64,000 nt of DNA, taken from assembly GCA_964016885.1 (NCBI GenBank), contig OZ024762.1, positions 22,878,001 through 22,942,000 of the forward strand, given 5' to 3'. The notes beneath the pieces are model-generated. The model searched no databases. It was not told the origin of the DNA and worked only from the letters and a program-made list of their open reading frames with translations. Shown in pieces: positions 62,694 through 64,000 of the stretch. The position numbers and the translations under genes are program-made. This DNA is from Eledone cirrhosa (lineage: Eukaryota). The first letter of the stretch is position 1. Each line of letters begins with the position of its first letter.

Positions 62694-63136
62694 GAGGTTA
62701 TATTTAACTTGTTGTGATTCAATAAGCTTAAACATTTTTATAACTGATAAAAAGCACTCAACAGTTTAGTGGAGTAAATATACAATATTAGTAAATGGAA
62801 ACTATATTTATAAAACCATAATTATTTTATTATATATATTTCAAGGGCTACCAAGGTAAATTATGGTACGCTTTCATCAGATAAAATACAGATTTGTTTT
62901 ATAAGTAAATATTGACATACTCACTCACAACTCTGTATCACACTCAATTATCTCCACTATCTAGCGAATTTCAACCGTTGAGGCTGTCTTTTTTCCGGGT
63001 ATGTCAATATTTATTTATAAAACAAATCTGTATTTTATCTGATGAAAGCGCACCATAATTTACCTTTGTCGCCCTTGAAATATATATAATTAAATAATTA
63101 TGATTTTATAAATATGGTTTCCATTTATTAATATTG

Positions 63137-63140
<4 letters not shown>
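62691..63140 (-). mobile_element. Foldback element homologous to 17396-18142
   Basis: Arms ~62778-62920 / 62999-63140; tail 62691-62778. Confidence 0.85.
62823..62888 (-). ncRNA. Minimal type I hammerhead ribozyme (mirror copy 63031-63096 on +)
   Basis: tattttat-CTGATGA-aag cg tacca taatttacct tggta gcc ctt-GAAAT ATAT ATA-ataaaata. Confidence 0.78.
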
Positions 63141-63172
<32 letters not shown>

Positions 63173-64000
63173 TTTATTTAATTATGTCTCATATAAAATA
63201 ATACAACCAACTATCCACGAAATACAGTATAGTTAGCACACCAAACGCATAATTGGGATTATACTCAGGTATATCCCAATGTTTGTTGAGTGAGATGGAG
63301 TTGGTCAGAGTATCGCTAAACGCTTTCTCTGTTAATGTATTAAATATATATATATATATATTTTTCTTGTTCAATTGATTAAACTTAACACGATATTAAC
63401 TATTGTTTTTATATGCGGATGGCATGTCTGGGATTTTTTTCCAGCTAACCATTTCTTGTTTATATATGTGCGTCAATAATGGTAAGATGTAAATTTATTT
63501 GGTAATCATAGAATCAAAATTTCAGCACGTGCACTTCTATGAATGCTTCGCTAACGATACCACAATGAGAGTGAAACATATCCGAATACACCCATCAAAT
63601 TAGCCAAATAGTTAAAATAAATTTAGTCAACCACAAACATTTTTTTTCTCACTTTTCTTTTTTTACTCTTCTTTCTTCTCTTTTTCTTTTTGTTCTCTTT
63701 TTTTCTTTTTTCTTTTCTTTTAGTTTTTTTTCCAGTTTTTTTTTTTTTTTTTTTTTTCTTCAGTTTTTTATTTCAATTTTTTCCAGGTAATTTTTTTTCG
63801 GTTTCTTTTCGTTTTTTTTGTTTCTTCTCGTTTCAGTTTCATTTTTTTTCAGTTTCTTTTCCATATTTTTCCAGCTTTTTTTTTTCGTTCTTATTTTCGT
63901 TTTTTTTTTCGTTTTTATTTTATTTTATTTTTTTTTCATTTTCCGTTAGTCGCCATATAATTATTTCTAGCTAACTTGTTAATTTCTACATATAATTCCA

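Overview
AT-rich eukaryotic DNA, most likely an octopod cephalopod (inferred from its tRNA-derived SINE families). Roughly half is compound (TA)n/(CA)n/(GA)n/(GGT)n microsatellite, so nearly all ORFs in the supplied track are repeat artefacts. No complete protein-coding gene is evident, only a few candidate exons and one candidate promoter/first exon. The rest is SINEs, RTE and L1/Tx1-like LINE 3' fragments, small DNA-transposon/MITE pieces, minisatellites and a 200-N gap. The main signal is about 10 families (about 20 copies) of short non-coding elements embedded in (TA)n tracts, mostly unrelated in sequence. They share one architecture: inverted arm + spacer + arm + single-copy 3' tail. Many carry hand-foldable minimal type I hammerhead ribozymes (CUGANGA...GAAA, palindromic loop III). 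Several unrelated families also share a T(C/T)GAGT(A/G)C motif about 42-63 nt from the 3' end. This fits non-autonomous Penelope-like (PLE) derivatives. All folds and alignments were done by eye.
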